A stretch of DNA of 64,000 nucleotides. Origin: an uncultured virus (IMG/VR IMGVR_UViG_3300026250_000242) (taxonomy: Duplodnaviria > Heunggongvirae > Uroviricota > Caudoviricetes). Where the stretch lies: the IMG/VR virus record IMGVR_UViG_3300026250_000242; one strand, given 5' to 3'. The notes beneath the pieces are model-generated. The model ran no database searches. It was not told where the DNA came from and saw only the letters and a program-made list of their open reading frames with translations. Of this stretch, positions 36,630-46,100 are shown one piece after another; the first letter of the stretch is position 1; the number at the start of each line of letters is the position of its first letter. The position numbers were made by a program, and so were the translations under genes.

Positions 36630-37499
36630 ATGAAGACGCAAAAAGTAAACATCCACAGCCAGCAGTACATGGAGACGATGGCGCGGCTGATGAGCGAGGC
36701 GCTGGAGTCGCCCGAGGGGCTGCGCGCCCTGGCGGCGGCCATCGCCGCGCCCATCGAACAGGAAATCAAGCGCAAGGAAATCTCCTCGCTGCTGCTCACC
36801 AAGCACACGCTGCCCAAGGGCGAGCGGCCCGTTTACCAGAAGAAGCCGACGGTCAAGGCGCACTGGATCTCCACCGAAGGCGAGGCCCAGGAGCAGGAGG
36901 TCGGCAAGGACGAGGTCGAATTCCCGACGCACCGGATTCATTCGGCGCCGATGGTCGATATCTCCGTCCTGAAGCACGGCAATATCGGCACGCTGACCGA
37001 CATCCAGACCGGCGCGGCGGACGAAATCCGCAAGGAGATCGACAAGCGGACGCTGACGGTCATCTCGGCGGCGGTTCCCACGGCCAACGTGATCGAGGTC
37101 GCGGGCGATACGCTGACCGACACCGCGCTCAACGAGGCGATCTCGATCATCGAGGACATGGAACTGACGGTGAAGACCATCGTCATGCGCGGGCGGCGAT
37201 TCAACGACATGCGCGGCTGGGACCTCGATCCGCAGACCCGCAACGACCTGCGCGCCAAGGGCATGATCAAGAACTATGGCACGGGCGGCATCCTGCTGAC
37301 CTCGGCCATGCCGCTCGATGAAATCCTGCTCATCCCCGACGAGGAGATCGGCAAGATGCCCGTGCGCGAGGCGGTCAAGACCGAGGCCATCGAGCAAAAG
37401 ACCCGCTTCAAGACGGGCTGGCTCGTCTGGTCGGAACTCGGCCAGGGCGTCACCCGGCCCGACGTGCTTGTGAAGATCAAACTCGGCGTCGGCGGCTGA
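36630..37499 (+). CDS. Major capsid protein (HK97 fold, inferred)
   Basis: Position, 289 aa, strong SD, AHWISTEGE, C-terminal G.GVTRPD.LVKI. Confidence 0.75.
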   Translation: MKTQKVNIHSQQYMETMARLMSEALESPEGLRALAAAIAAPIEQEIKRKEISSLLLTKHTLPKGERPVYQKKPTVKAHWISTEGEAQEQEVGKDEVEFPTHRIHSAPMVDISVLKHGNIGTLTDIQTGAADEIRKEIDKRTLTVISAAVPTANVIEVAGDTLTDTALNEAISIIEDMELTVKTIVMRGRRFNDMRGWDLDPQTRNDLRAKGMIKNYGTGGILLTSAMPLDEILLIPDEEIGKMPVREAVKTEAIEQKTRFKTGWLVWSELGQGVTRPDVLVKIKLGVGG

Positions 37500-37511
37500 T
37501 AGGAGGCCATC

Positions 37512-37874
37512 ATGATCACGATTAAGAACATCCGTCCCGGCATCCTGGTGATTCCGGATGCCGGGCTGCGGCTCACGCCGGGCCAGAAGGTCGAGGTTAA
37601 TGAACCGACGAAACAGATAGAGGGGTTGATTGCCTCGGGCCATCTGGCGCGGGTTGGTGATGCCGATGCTCAAGAGAAACCGGAACCTATGAAAACGACG
37701 GAGCCGGTTGAGGCGCCTGACCTGTCGAAGATGACGGCGCAGCAGGCCATCGCCAGCGTCGCCGAAATGGACGATCCCGAACGCATCAAAGCGGCCATCG
37801 AATCGGAAAAGCGCCGCTCGGTGCTCGATGCCCTGATGAAGAAGCGCGAGGAGGTGGGCGGTGGCGCTGAGTGA
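37512..37874 (+). CDS. Hypothetical head-associated protein
   Basis: ORF with SD AGGAGG after the capsid gene. Confidence 0.65.
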   Translation: MITIKNIRPGILVIPDAGLRLTPGQKVEVNEPTKQIEGLIASGHLARVGDADAQEKPEPMKTTEPVEAPDLSKMTAQQAIASVAEMDDPERIKAAIESEKRRSVLDALMKKREEVGGGAE

Positions 37875-38325
37875 CCTGATGGCCAGCCTGCGCGCGGACC
37901 TGGGCGACGGGGACGGTGCGATCTTTGACGAGGCGACGCTCACGCGCTGTCTGCACAAGAGCGCCTTTCTGCTCGCCCGTGACCTCGACACCGCATTCGC
38001 GGTGCAGGATGGCGAGATCGTGCCCGAACCCGTCGGTGAGGAGCGTGAATTTCTGCTCCTGCTGGCGCGGATTCACGCCTGCCAGGTCATGCGTTCGGTC
38101 ACGGCCAACGGGTTTTCCTTCGCCAGTGGCGATAAGCGGGTGGACAAGACGAAGCAGGCCAGTCACTGGGCGCAGCTCGAAGCGGACTTGCGGACGCAGT
38201 ACAAGGCGCGGCTGGCCGAGATCAATCCCGAGACAACGCTCGCCGAGGACGACTATTTCGTGAATCCAGGAGATGTCGGCCCGGTCATCTACGAGCAAGG
38301 GAGCGGACGGCGATGCCACTCCTGA
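37861..38325 (+). CDS. Putative head-tail adaptor
   Basis: LRADLGD......FDEATL N-terminus; synteny. Confidence 0.55.
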   Translation: MALSDLMASLRADLGDGDGAIFDEATLTRCLHKSAFLLARDLDTAFAVQDGEIVPEPVGEEREFLLLLARIHACQVMRSVTANGFSFASGDKRVDKTKQASHWAQLEADLRTQYKARLAEINPETTLAEDDYFVNPGDVGPVIYEQGSGRRCHS

Positions 38326-38675
38326 CCGATGGTGAAAAGGCCCAGTCCGCTGCCGATGTGCGGGCGATGATTCTCGCCTCGGGCCAGCAGGCGGCGCTCT
38401 CGCGCTGCGATCCCGGTGAGAAACTCTTCGGCCACGAGGACGAAACGTTCGCCCCAGTCGGGACGATTCCGGTCGAACTCAATCGAACGCCGCCCGCGGA
38501 TCTGCCGGGCGATATCGACGCCGTCGCGTCGGCATTGCCGGAGGCGGACGCGCGGGCGCAGGACCGGCTGGAACTGGATGGCGAAACCTATCGCGTGCAG
38601 GCGGTTGTCGAGGAACGCCTCTTCGGGGGCGTCACGCACAAGGCGCTCAGATTGGTGAAGGTCCATGACGGTTAG
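38313..38675 (+). CDS. Putative head-closure protein
   Basis: DRLELDGETYRV motif; synteny. Confidence 0.55.
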   Translation: MPLLTDGEKAQSAADVRAMILASGQQAALSRCDPGEKLFGHEDETFAPVGTIPVELNRTPPADLPGDIDAVASALPEADARAQDRLELDGETYRVQAVVEERLFGGVTHKALRLVKVHDG

Positions 38676-39150
38676 GCGAACAGGAGACTGGGATAAGGCG
38701 CGGGCAAAGATCAACGCTTCGATTGGCCCCCGGCTGGCGGTGGCCCTCAAGCAGGCGACGATCCGCAATGCGCTGCTGCTCGTTCGCGAGATACAGCGGG
38801 GCATCCGAAGCCAGGCGCCGGGCGGCAAGCCGTTCGCCAAACTGGCGCAGAGCACCATCGACCGGAAGGGATCGAGCAAGGCGCTGATCGACACGGGGTT
38901 CCTGGTGAACGCGATCACGCAGAAGATCATGGCGGACAAAGCGTTCGTCGGACTGCTGCGCGGCACGGTCAATAAGGACGGAGAGGACATGGTGAACATC
39001 GGCGCGGTGATGGAATACGGAGCAACGATCCAGCATCCCAACGGAGCGACGATCATCATCCCGGCCCGTCCGTTCCTGCATCCGGTCATGGAGAAGCATC
39101 GCATGGAGATTTTGAACAACTACCGCCAGGCGATCCGGGCGGTTCTGTAA
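38665..39150 (+). CDS. Tail completion/virion morphogenesis protein
   Basis: STIDRKGSSKALIDTG.L, EYGA...IPARPFL. Confidence 0.75.
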   Translation: MTVRRTGDWDKARAKINASIGPRLAVALKQATIRNALLLVREIQRGIRSQAPGGKPFAKLAQSTIDRKGSSKALIDTGFLVNAITQKIMADKAFVGLLRGTVNKDGEDMVNIGAVMEYGATIQHPNGATIIIPARPFLHPVMEKHRMEILNNYRQAIRAVL

Positions 39151-39159
39151 GGCAGAGCA

Positions 39160-39729
39160 ATGAGCATCATTCTCACAGTCACCCAGGAATTCATCCGTCT
39201 CTTCAAGCGCGAGGTCCACCAAAGCGCCGTGCTGGTCGCGGCGGACGACGTGTTCGAGGTCAAGGACACGCCCAGCGTGATTCTGCAGGGGCCGGTCCTG
39301 ACCGAGGACGCGCGGCGGCGAACGCAGGCACGGCTCATCGAGAAGAACGTGCCCGACCTTTCCTACGAGGAATGCAAGGCGCCGCGCCTCTATCACCTCG
39401 ACTTCGACATCGTCGTGACCACCGCGACCGAGACCGAACTGCTGGGCCTGCAGGAAGCCGTCGCGCGGCTTTACCAGACGCATCCCGTAATCGAGATCGC
39501 CGACAAGGGATCGCTCAACCTGACCGAACTGATCCCCGTGGGCGGACTGCGGCGCGTGAATCTGTCGAACCTGCGCCAGGCGTCGGGGCGGGCGCGCGTC
39601 GAGGACTGTCCCGTCTACGACGGCGAGGTGCGCCACGGGAAACTCATCCGCGACCGCGTTTTCGATTTTCAGGATGGCGTCCAGGAGACGCGGACATTCG
39701 AACCTCAAGAAGGAGAACCAGAGCAATGA
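39160..39729 (+). CDS. Putative tail terminator
   Basis: Synteny upstream of the sheath gene. Confidence 0.5.
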   Translation: MSIILTVTQEFIRLFKREVHQSAVLVAADDVFEVKDTPSVILQGPVLTEDARRRTQARLIEKNVPDLSYEECKAPRLYHLDFDIVVTTATETELLGLQEAVARLYQTHPVIEIADKGSLNLTELIPVGGLRRVNLSNLRQASGRARVEDCPVYDGEVRHGKLIRDRVFDFQDGVQETRTFEPQEGEPEQ

Positions 39730-39962
39730 TCGAAGTCAGAAATCTGCTGTTCCAGCCGCTGACCTTTCATCTGACGGGCGGAGACGGAAACCTCCATCTC
39801 GGCCCCCGGCAGCGGACAGTCATCGATAAGGAATTGATCTCGCCGGAACTGGAGCAGGCGGCCAAGCGCGGCCTAGTCAGTCTGACGGAAAAGACCGCCA
39901 CGCATCCTGAACCGGCTCCGGCGAAAACAGCGGCCAAGCGCGTGCGGAAAGGAAGGAACTGA
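39726..39962 (+). CDS. Small hypothetical protein
   Basis: ATGA-coupled ORF MIEVRNLLFQPLTFHL. Confidence 0.6.
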   Translation: MIEVRNLLFQPLTFHLTGGDGNLHLGPRQRTVIDKELISPELEQAAKRGLVSLTEKTATHPEPAPAKTAAKRVRKGRN

Positions 39963-39964
39963 TC

Positions 39965-41818
39965 ATGCCGAATTATCTCTCTCCGGGCGTTTACGTCCGC
40001 GAAACGGACTTCAGCTTCTATGTGAAGCAGATCTCGACGGCTTCCGCCGCGATGGTGGGCGTCGCCGAGCGCGGCCCGATCAATAAAGTCGGGCTGGTGA
40101 CGAGCTGGGAGCAGTTCATCAACAAGTACGGCGGTTACATCGCCGACGGCTATCTGGCCTATGCCGCACGCGCCTTCTTCGACAACGGCGGGCGTGTTCT
40201 CTACGTTAACCGCGTGGCCCACATCACGGACCCGACCGACCGCGACACGCTCACGGCGGTCAAGTCGTCCGTCACGCTCGTGGGACGCGACGGCGTGGCG
40301 GCTTCGCTGACCACCGGGACGCCCGGCACGGATGAAATCACCTGGACGGCCCTGGAAAAGGGCGCGGGTGGCAACGCCATCTCCATCGCCTTGATCGCGT
40401 CTGGGACCGACACACCGCTTTCTGTCTCGGTGACCGGCAACGCTGTCACGATCAATCTGGCGACCGACGCTTCGGGTGACCCGAGCAGCACGGTCGCGGA
40501 GGTCCTCGCCGCGGTAGCCGATAACTCCGAGGCGACTGCGCTGGTCTCCGGTGCCTCGACCGACACGGGAATAGTCCAAGCCGTAGCGGAAGCCAACCTC
40601 GCCGACGGCGCCGACCCGGCGGACACGCTGCGCGTCGACGCCATCGACGAAGGCGTCTGGGGCGACGATCTCTCGGTGAAAATCGAGGACGGCTCGCTCG
40701 ACCCTGACAATGCCTTCAACATCGTCGTCCGGCACAAGGGCAACGTGGTCGAGGTTTTCAAGGACCTCTCGATGGACGAGAGCAAGGCCAACCACGCCGA
40801 ACTCATGATCAACGAGAAATCGGATTACATTACGGTCCACGACCTCTCCGTCACGACCGGCGCGGCGGCGGAGCGTCCGGCTCTGGGCGAATACGCGCTT
40901 GCGGGCGGCGACAACGGACTCGACGGGCTGACCGACGCCGACTACATCGGCGATCCCTCGCAGCACACGGGCATCTACGCCTTCGACGAGATCGACGCCG
41001 TCAATATGCTGATGATTCCGGGCGTGACCACGGCGCCGGTCTTCGTGGCGGCCATCGCCTACTGCGAGAACCGCAAGGACCTGATGCTGATCGCCGACAC
41101 GCCGATCCTGCTGGAGCCGCTTGAAGCGGTGGATTTCCGCAAGGGCCAGGGTATGTACAGCCACGCGGCGTTCAACTCGTCCTACGCCGCGCTCTACTAC
41201 CCGTGGATCGAAATCAGCGACCCGATGACGAGTCAGAAGAAACTGGTCCCTCCCTGCGGCGCGGTGGCCGGGTGCTACGCCCGCAGCGACGAGAAGACGC
41301 AGGTCTGGTTCGCTCCCGCCGGCATCGACCGGGGCCGGGTGTTTAACGCCCTGTCGGTCGGCTACAAGACCAGCCGGGGTGAGCGCGACGTGCTCTACCC
41401 CGAAGGCGTCAACGTCATCGCCGTCTTCCCCGACACCGGCATCAACATCTGGGGCCAGCGGACGCTGCAGAGCCAGCCCTCCGCGCTGGACCGCGTCAAC
41501 GTGCGCCGCCTGATGATGTACATGGAGGAAGCCATCGCCGAATCCTCGCGCTTCGTCGTATTCGAGCCCAACTACCCGCAGACCTGGCGGGCGCTCAAGC
41601 GGCTGATCAACCCCTTCCTGCAGGATATCAAGGAGAAGGGCGGCCTCTACGACTTCGCCGTGCAGTGCGACGAGGAGACCAACACGCCGGCGGCGCGCGA
41701 CCGCTACGAAATTATCTGCCGGGTGTTCGTGAAGCCGACCAAGACCGCCGAGTTCGTCGAACTCAACTTCGTGCTGACGACGACCGGCGCGGACTTCACC
41801 GAAATCTTCGGCGCCTGA
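39965..41818 (+). CDS. Contractile tail sheath protein
   Basis: MPNYLSPGVYVRE, AALYYPW, VPPCG.VAG, WFAPAG, IWGQRTL, VNVRRL, VFEPN, P.KTAEFV. Confidence 0.95.
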   Translation: MPNYLSPGVYVRETDFSFYVKQISTASAAMVGVAERGPINKVGLVTSWEQFINKYGGYIADGYLAYAARAFFDNGGRVLYVNRVAHITDPTDRDTLTAVKSSVTLVGRDGVAASLTTGTPGTDEITWTALEKGAGGNAISIALIASGTDTPLSVSVTGNAVTINLATDASGDPSSTVAEVLAAVADNSEATALVSGASTDTGIVQAVAEANLADGADPADTLRVDAIDEGVWGDDLSVKIEDGSLDPDNAFNIVVRHKGNVVEVFKDLSMDESKANHAELMINEKSDYITVHDLSVTTGAAAERPALGEYALAGGDNGLDGLTDADYIGDPSQHTGIYAFDEIDAVNMLMIPGVTTAPVFVAAIAYCENRKDLMLIADTPILLEPLEAVDFRKGQGMYSHAAFNSSYAALYYPWIEISDPMTSQKKLVPPCGAVAGCYARSDEKTQVWFAPAGIDRGRVFNALSVGYKTSRGERDVLYPEGVNVIAVFPDTGINIWGQRTLQSQPSALDRVNVRRLMMYMEEAIAESSRFVVFEPNYPQTWRALKRLINPFLQDIKEKGGLYDFAVQCDEETNTPAARDRYEIICRVFVKPTKTAEFVELNFVLTTTGADFTEIFGA

Positions 41819-41833
41819 AAGGAGAACCGATAA

Positions 41834-42301
41834 ATGCGAAGCGGAAACATGCCCCAGAGTCTTTACCAGAACTGGCAATTCGCCATCGAGGTGAACGGCT
41901 TCGACGTGGCCCTGTTTCACAAGGGCCAGGAACCCAAAACGGAATTCGAGGAGGTGGCCTTCGCGCCCGGCGGCTCGATGTTCGACCAGAAGGTCGCGGG
42001 CCGCGTGAAGTTCGAGGATATCACGCTGGAGAAAGGCATCCTGCAGGACGGCTCCGACCAGGAGGCCATCGACTGGGTGCGAAAGGAAGTGGACGTGAAC
42101 GCCGTCACCGGCGGACTGCCCAACGACTACCTGCGCGACATCGACATCGTGCGTTACGACCGCACAGGCAACGAGACGCGGCGCTGGACGCTGCACGGCG
42201 CGTGGGTCAAGACGCTGGAGTACGACGAACTGGAAGGCGCGAACACCGAGAACACCATCGAGAAGCTGTCCATCTGCTACCAGTACTGGACGAAGGAATA
42301 G
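41834..42301 (+). CDS. Tail tube protein (T4 gp19-like)
   Basis: F.IEVNG, GRVKFEDITLEKG, RWTLHGAW, IEKLSI. Confidence 0.9.
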   Translation: MRSGNMPQSLYQNWQFAIEVNGFDVALFHKGQEPKTEFEEVAFAPGGSMFDQKVAGRVKFEDITLEKGILQDGSDQEAIDWVRKEVDVNAVTGGLPNDYLRDIDIVRYDRTGNETRRWTLHGAWVKTLEYDELEGANTENTIEKLSICYQYWTKE

Positions 42302-42310
42302 GAGACGAAC

Positions 42311-42988
42311 ATGCACACTTTCACGCTGCCCAGCGGGCCTGAGATCGAATTGCGGGAGATGACCGGCGCCGAGGAGGAACTGCTCACCAACCAGCGGCTC
42401 ATCCGCAGGGGCGAGTCGATCAACCAGGTGCTCAAGAACTGCATCCTGCGCATCGGCGAGAACGCCGAACCCTCGATGCAGGACGCGCTCGACATGCTGT
42501 CTGGCGACCGGCTTTTCGTCCTCGTGCGGCTGCGCCAGATTTCCCTCGGCGATGAGGTGAACCTGGAGATGAGCTGCACGAATCCCACCTGCCGCGAAAC
42601 GAACTACGCGGCGATCAACCTCGAAGATCTGGAGGTCACGCCCTACGGCGAAGAACGCGAATTCGCTTTCGCGCTGCCCGGCTCGGGCAGAACCGTGCGT
42701 TTCGGCTACCTCGACGGCCACAAGGAGAAACGCCTCGCCGCGCTCAAGGAGCCGAACATCACATCGGCGATGCTGATTCGGATCGTCGACATCGACGGCA
42801 AGCCGCCCAGCAAGAAAACGCTGGCGGAGATGTCGCTGCGCGACCGCAACGCACTGCGTAAGGAAATGGCGCGGGTGGATGCCGGGATCGACACGGCGGT
42901 CGAGGTCGCTTGCGAGGCTTGCGGCACGCTGTTGCGCACGCGGCTGGAGGCCGAACCGGCTTTTTTGTTCCCATCCGTTCGCTTGTAG
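42311..42988 (+). CDS. Tail assembly chaperone (Cys pairs)
   Basis: LREMTGAEEELL, CTNPTC, CEAC; between tube and tape measure genes. Confidence 0.7.
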   Translation: MHTFTLPSGPEIELREMTGAEEELLTNQRLIRRGESINQVLKNCILRIGENAEPSMQDALDMLSGDRLFVLVRLRQISLGDEVNLEMSCTNPTCRETNYAAINLEDLEVTPYGEEREFAFALPGSGRTVRFGYLDGHKEKRLAALKEPNITSAMLIRIVDIDGKPPSKKTLAEMSLRDRNALRKEMARVDAGIDTAVEVACEACGTLLRTRLEAEPAFLFPSVRL

Positions 42989-43131
42989 GCGACGCCTTCT
43001 TTCTCGCCTACGGCGGACTGCACTGGGGATTCACGGAGATTCGCTCACTGCCGCTCGCGACGCGACGCCAGTTCGTCGAAGCGCTCGAGCGGCAACTTGA
43101 TTTCGAGCGCGAGCAAATGGAGCGGCGGTAG
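42961..43131 (+). other. -1 frameshift site T TTT TTG and extension frame (G/GT-type chaperone)
   Basis: Heptamer in X XXY YYZ phase at 42961-42967; -1 frame encodes ...LHWGFTEIRSLPLATRRQFVEAL up to the tape measure start. Confidence 0.7.
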
Positions 43132-43134
43132 AAG

Positions 43135-46100
43135 ATGAACGATCTGGGCCTTGGCGTTGTCGTCTCGATGAAGGATGCGTTCTCGCGCAACGCGCACCGC
43201 ATCCAGTCGTCGATGCAATCGCTCGACGCCTCGGTCGCGGCGGCCAGCGAAAACATGACGCGCAACCTGGATCGCATCCAGAAGGGCACGATGATGATCG
43301 GCGCGGGACTGGCCGCCTTGGCCGTCCCCGCCGCGCTCGTCGCCTCAACCGCCGCCAGCCAGAAAGCCTTGGGCGAACTCGCGTCACTCGGCGTGCGCGA
43401 TCTGCGCGCCATCGAAAACGCCGCCGAGTCTTTCACCAATCAGTGGTCGGGAACGAGCAAGGCCGAGTTCATCGGCGCGACCTATGACGTCAAGTCGGCG
43501 CTGTCGGGACTTTCCGACGAGGCGGTCGGCGTCTTCACCTCGATGGCCGCGCTCACGGCCAAGGCGACCAAGGCCAGCACGCAGGAGATGGTCGGCACCT
43601 TCACGTCCGGCTACGGCATCTTCAAGCCCATCATGGCCGACATGACCGACATGGAATGGGCCACCGCTTTCTCGGGCGCGATGGCCCAGACCGTGGCGTC
43701 GTTCAAGACCAATGGCCAGCAGATGGCCGACGCGATCAAGAACATCGGCGCGGTGGCGGCCTCGGCGAACGTGCCGCTCCAGGAGCAGCTCGCGGTGCTC
43801 GGCCAACTCCAGACCACCATGCCCGGCTCCGAGGCGGGCACGCTCTACAAGGCGTTCATGATGAAAGCCGCCGAGGCGGGAGACGAACTCGGTCTGTCAT
43901 TCACCGATTCGGCGGGACGGCTGCGAAGCGTCACGGCGATCCTGGAGGAGATCAAAGGCCTCTACCCCGACCTTTCCAAGGCCGCCGCGCAGGTCGAACT
44001 CAAGAAAGCGTTCGGCTCGGATGAGGCGCTCAAGTTCGTGCTTCAGATGTCGGCGGGAACGGAGGCTCTCGAAGGCAACATCCAAAGCATCGAGAAAGCC
44101 ATGAAGAGCGGCACGGCGGTTACCGAGGAAATGGCGCGGGCCATGAATCTCGACATCGGCTCGCAGATGGTTCTGCTCCGCCAGCAGATGAGCAACCTCT
44201 TCGAAATCATGGGCCGGACGCTGCTTCCCGTGGTGACGCCGCTGATCCAGGGTCTGTCGCGCATGATTGTGTTCTTCCAGAACGTCGCCCGGAGTATTCC
44301 AGGCGTAACGCGTGCGGCGCTAACGCTCACAGGGGCGCTGGGCGCGGTGCTCGTCATCGCGGGCGCGGTCATGTCGGCTGTCGGCCTGATCGGCGTGGCG
44401 GCCCCGGCCATCTCGGCGGGCTTCGCGGCCATCGGCACGGCGGCGGCGGGCGTGGGATCGGCCATCGCGGCCTGGTTCTGGCCGGTGACGCTGGCCATCG
44501 CGGGCGTCGTTTTGGCGGTCTATCTGCTGCGCAAGGCATGGACCACGAACTTCGGCGGCATCCGCGACGCGGTCATGGGCGTCTGGAACCGGGTCTCGCT
44601 CGTGTTTCAAGGGATCAAGGCGCTGGTCACGTCGCTCAGCGGCGGCGTGGGCCAGATGTCGGCGGAACTGGCCGGGAAACTTGAAGCGGCGGGGCTGATG
44701 GGCTTCGTCGTGACGGTGTTCAAGGTTTACCACCGCGTGCGCGAATACCTGGCGGGACTGTCCGAAGCCTTTTCGCACGCCTTCGGGCGCGTGCGCGCCA
44801 TTCTGGAGCCCGCCGTCCGCTCGCTCATCGGCGCCTACGCGGCGCTCTACAAGGCTTTCTTCTCGATCTTCGAGGTGTTCGGCCTGGTCTCGACGGCGGC
44901 GGACGGCTCAAGTTTTCGCAGTCTCGGCAAGACGGTCGGCACGGTTCTGGGGGTTCTCCTGCAGGTCGGCGCCTATGTCATCCGCTACGCCCTGATGCCG
45001 CTCACGCTCGTGATCAAGACGCTGGCCGTCGTGGTTCGCACGGCGGTCTGGGTCGGCAAGGTTATCGTCGGCTCGCTCGTCATGGCTGGCAAGTTCATCG
45101 GGAAGTTTCTGCTGCCCGTGCGGATGCTGGGCCAGGCCTTCGTCTCCGTCGGGAAGATCATCTACTCGGTCTGGCAGATTCTGACCGGCGACGTGTCGCT
45201 GCTGGACGGTCTCAAGGCCATCGGCGGGGCGGTGTTCAATTTCCTGACCACGCCTTTCCGCTGGGCGCGCGACGTGGTGGCCGGCGTCTTCGGGTTTATC
45301 CGCGACACCTTCAACGCCATTGGCGGGTTCTTCACCTCGGCGGCGGCGCGGATCGGCGAGGCGATCCTCAATCTGCCGGTTATCGCGATGCTGCGTCAGA
45401 TGCTCGCGACGGTCCGCGATTTCTTCTCGGGAGATACGACCTTCCTCGAAGCGGGTAAGCGGCTCATCATGACGCTGGGCGAAGGCATCGTTTCGATGGC
45501 CACCTATCCCTACCGCAAGGTGAAGGAAGTCCTTGGGAAAATCCGAAACCTGCTTCCCTTCTCCGACGCCCAGGAGGGACCGCTCGCGACACTCACGGCC
45601 TCGGGCGTGGCGCTGTTCAAGACCTTCGCCCTGGGCATGAGCGCGTCGGCGAGTCTGCCCGGCATGGCGTTCGGCGCGGCGATCAAGAAGCTGGTCCCCA
45701 TGCTTTCGTCTGTGGGCGGCGTCCTGCGCGACAAGGCGCGATCCGTCATGTCGCTGGTGGCCGCGCCGTTCCAGGGCATGCAATCGCTCTGGGGCGGACT
45801 GACGGAGCGATTGAAGAATGCCGCTTCGTCCGTATTGCAGAAGACCGGTGTTCTGGCCGGACCGCGAATGGAAGCCTCTGTCGCGGCTGCGCCGAAAGGA
45901 CCGGAAGCAAGCCTCTGGGATCGTCTGAAAGCCGCCGCACTGCGGGGCGTCCAGGCCGTTCAGCAGAGCATCCCAAGCCTGAAGGTGCCCGTATCGAACG
46001 TGGACTCTCAGTCTTCGCCGCTACCCCTCGCTCAGCGCATCCTGAACGGCGTGCTGAATCTCGCGCCGAAGGTGGATATGCGGCTCGTGCCCAAGGCGTT

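Noticed and set aside
39767..42721. 984-aa minus-strand ORF (likewise 3207..4589, 15957..18137, 35610..37991)
   Set aside because: Antisense shadows of well-supported genes
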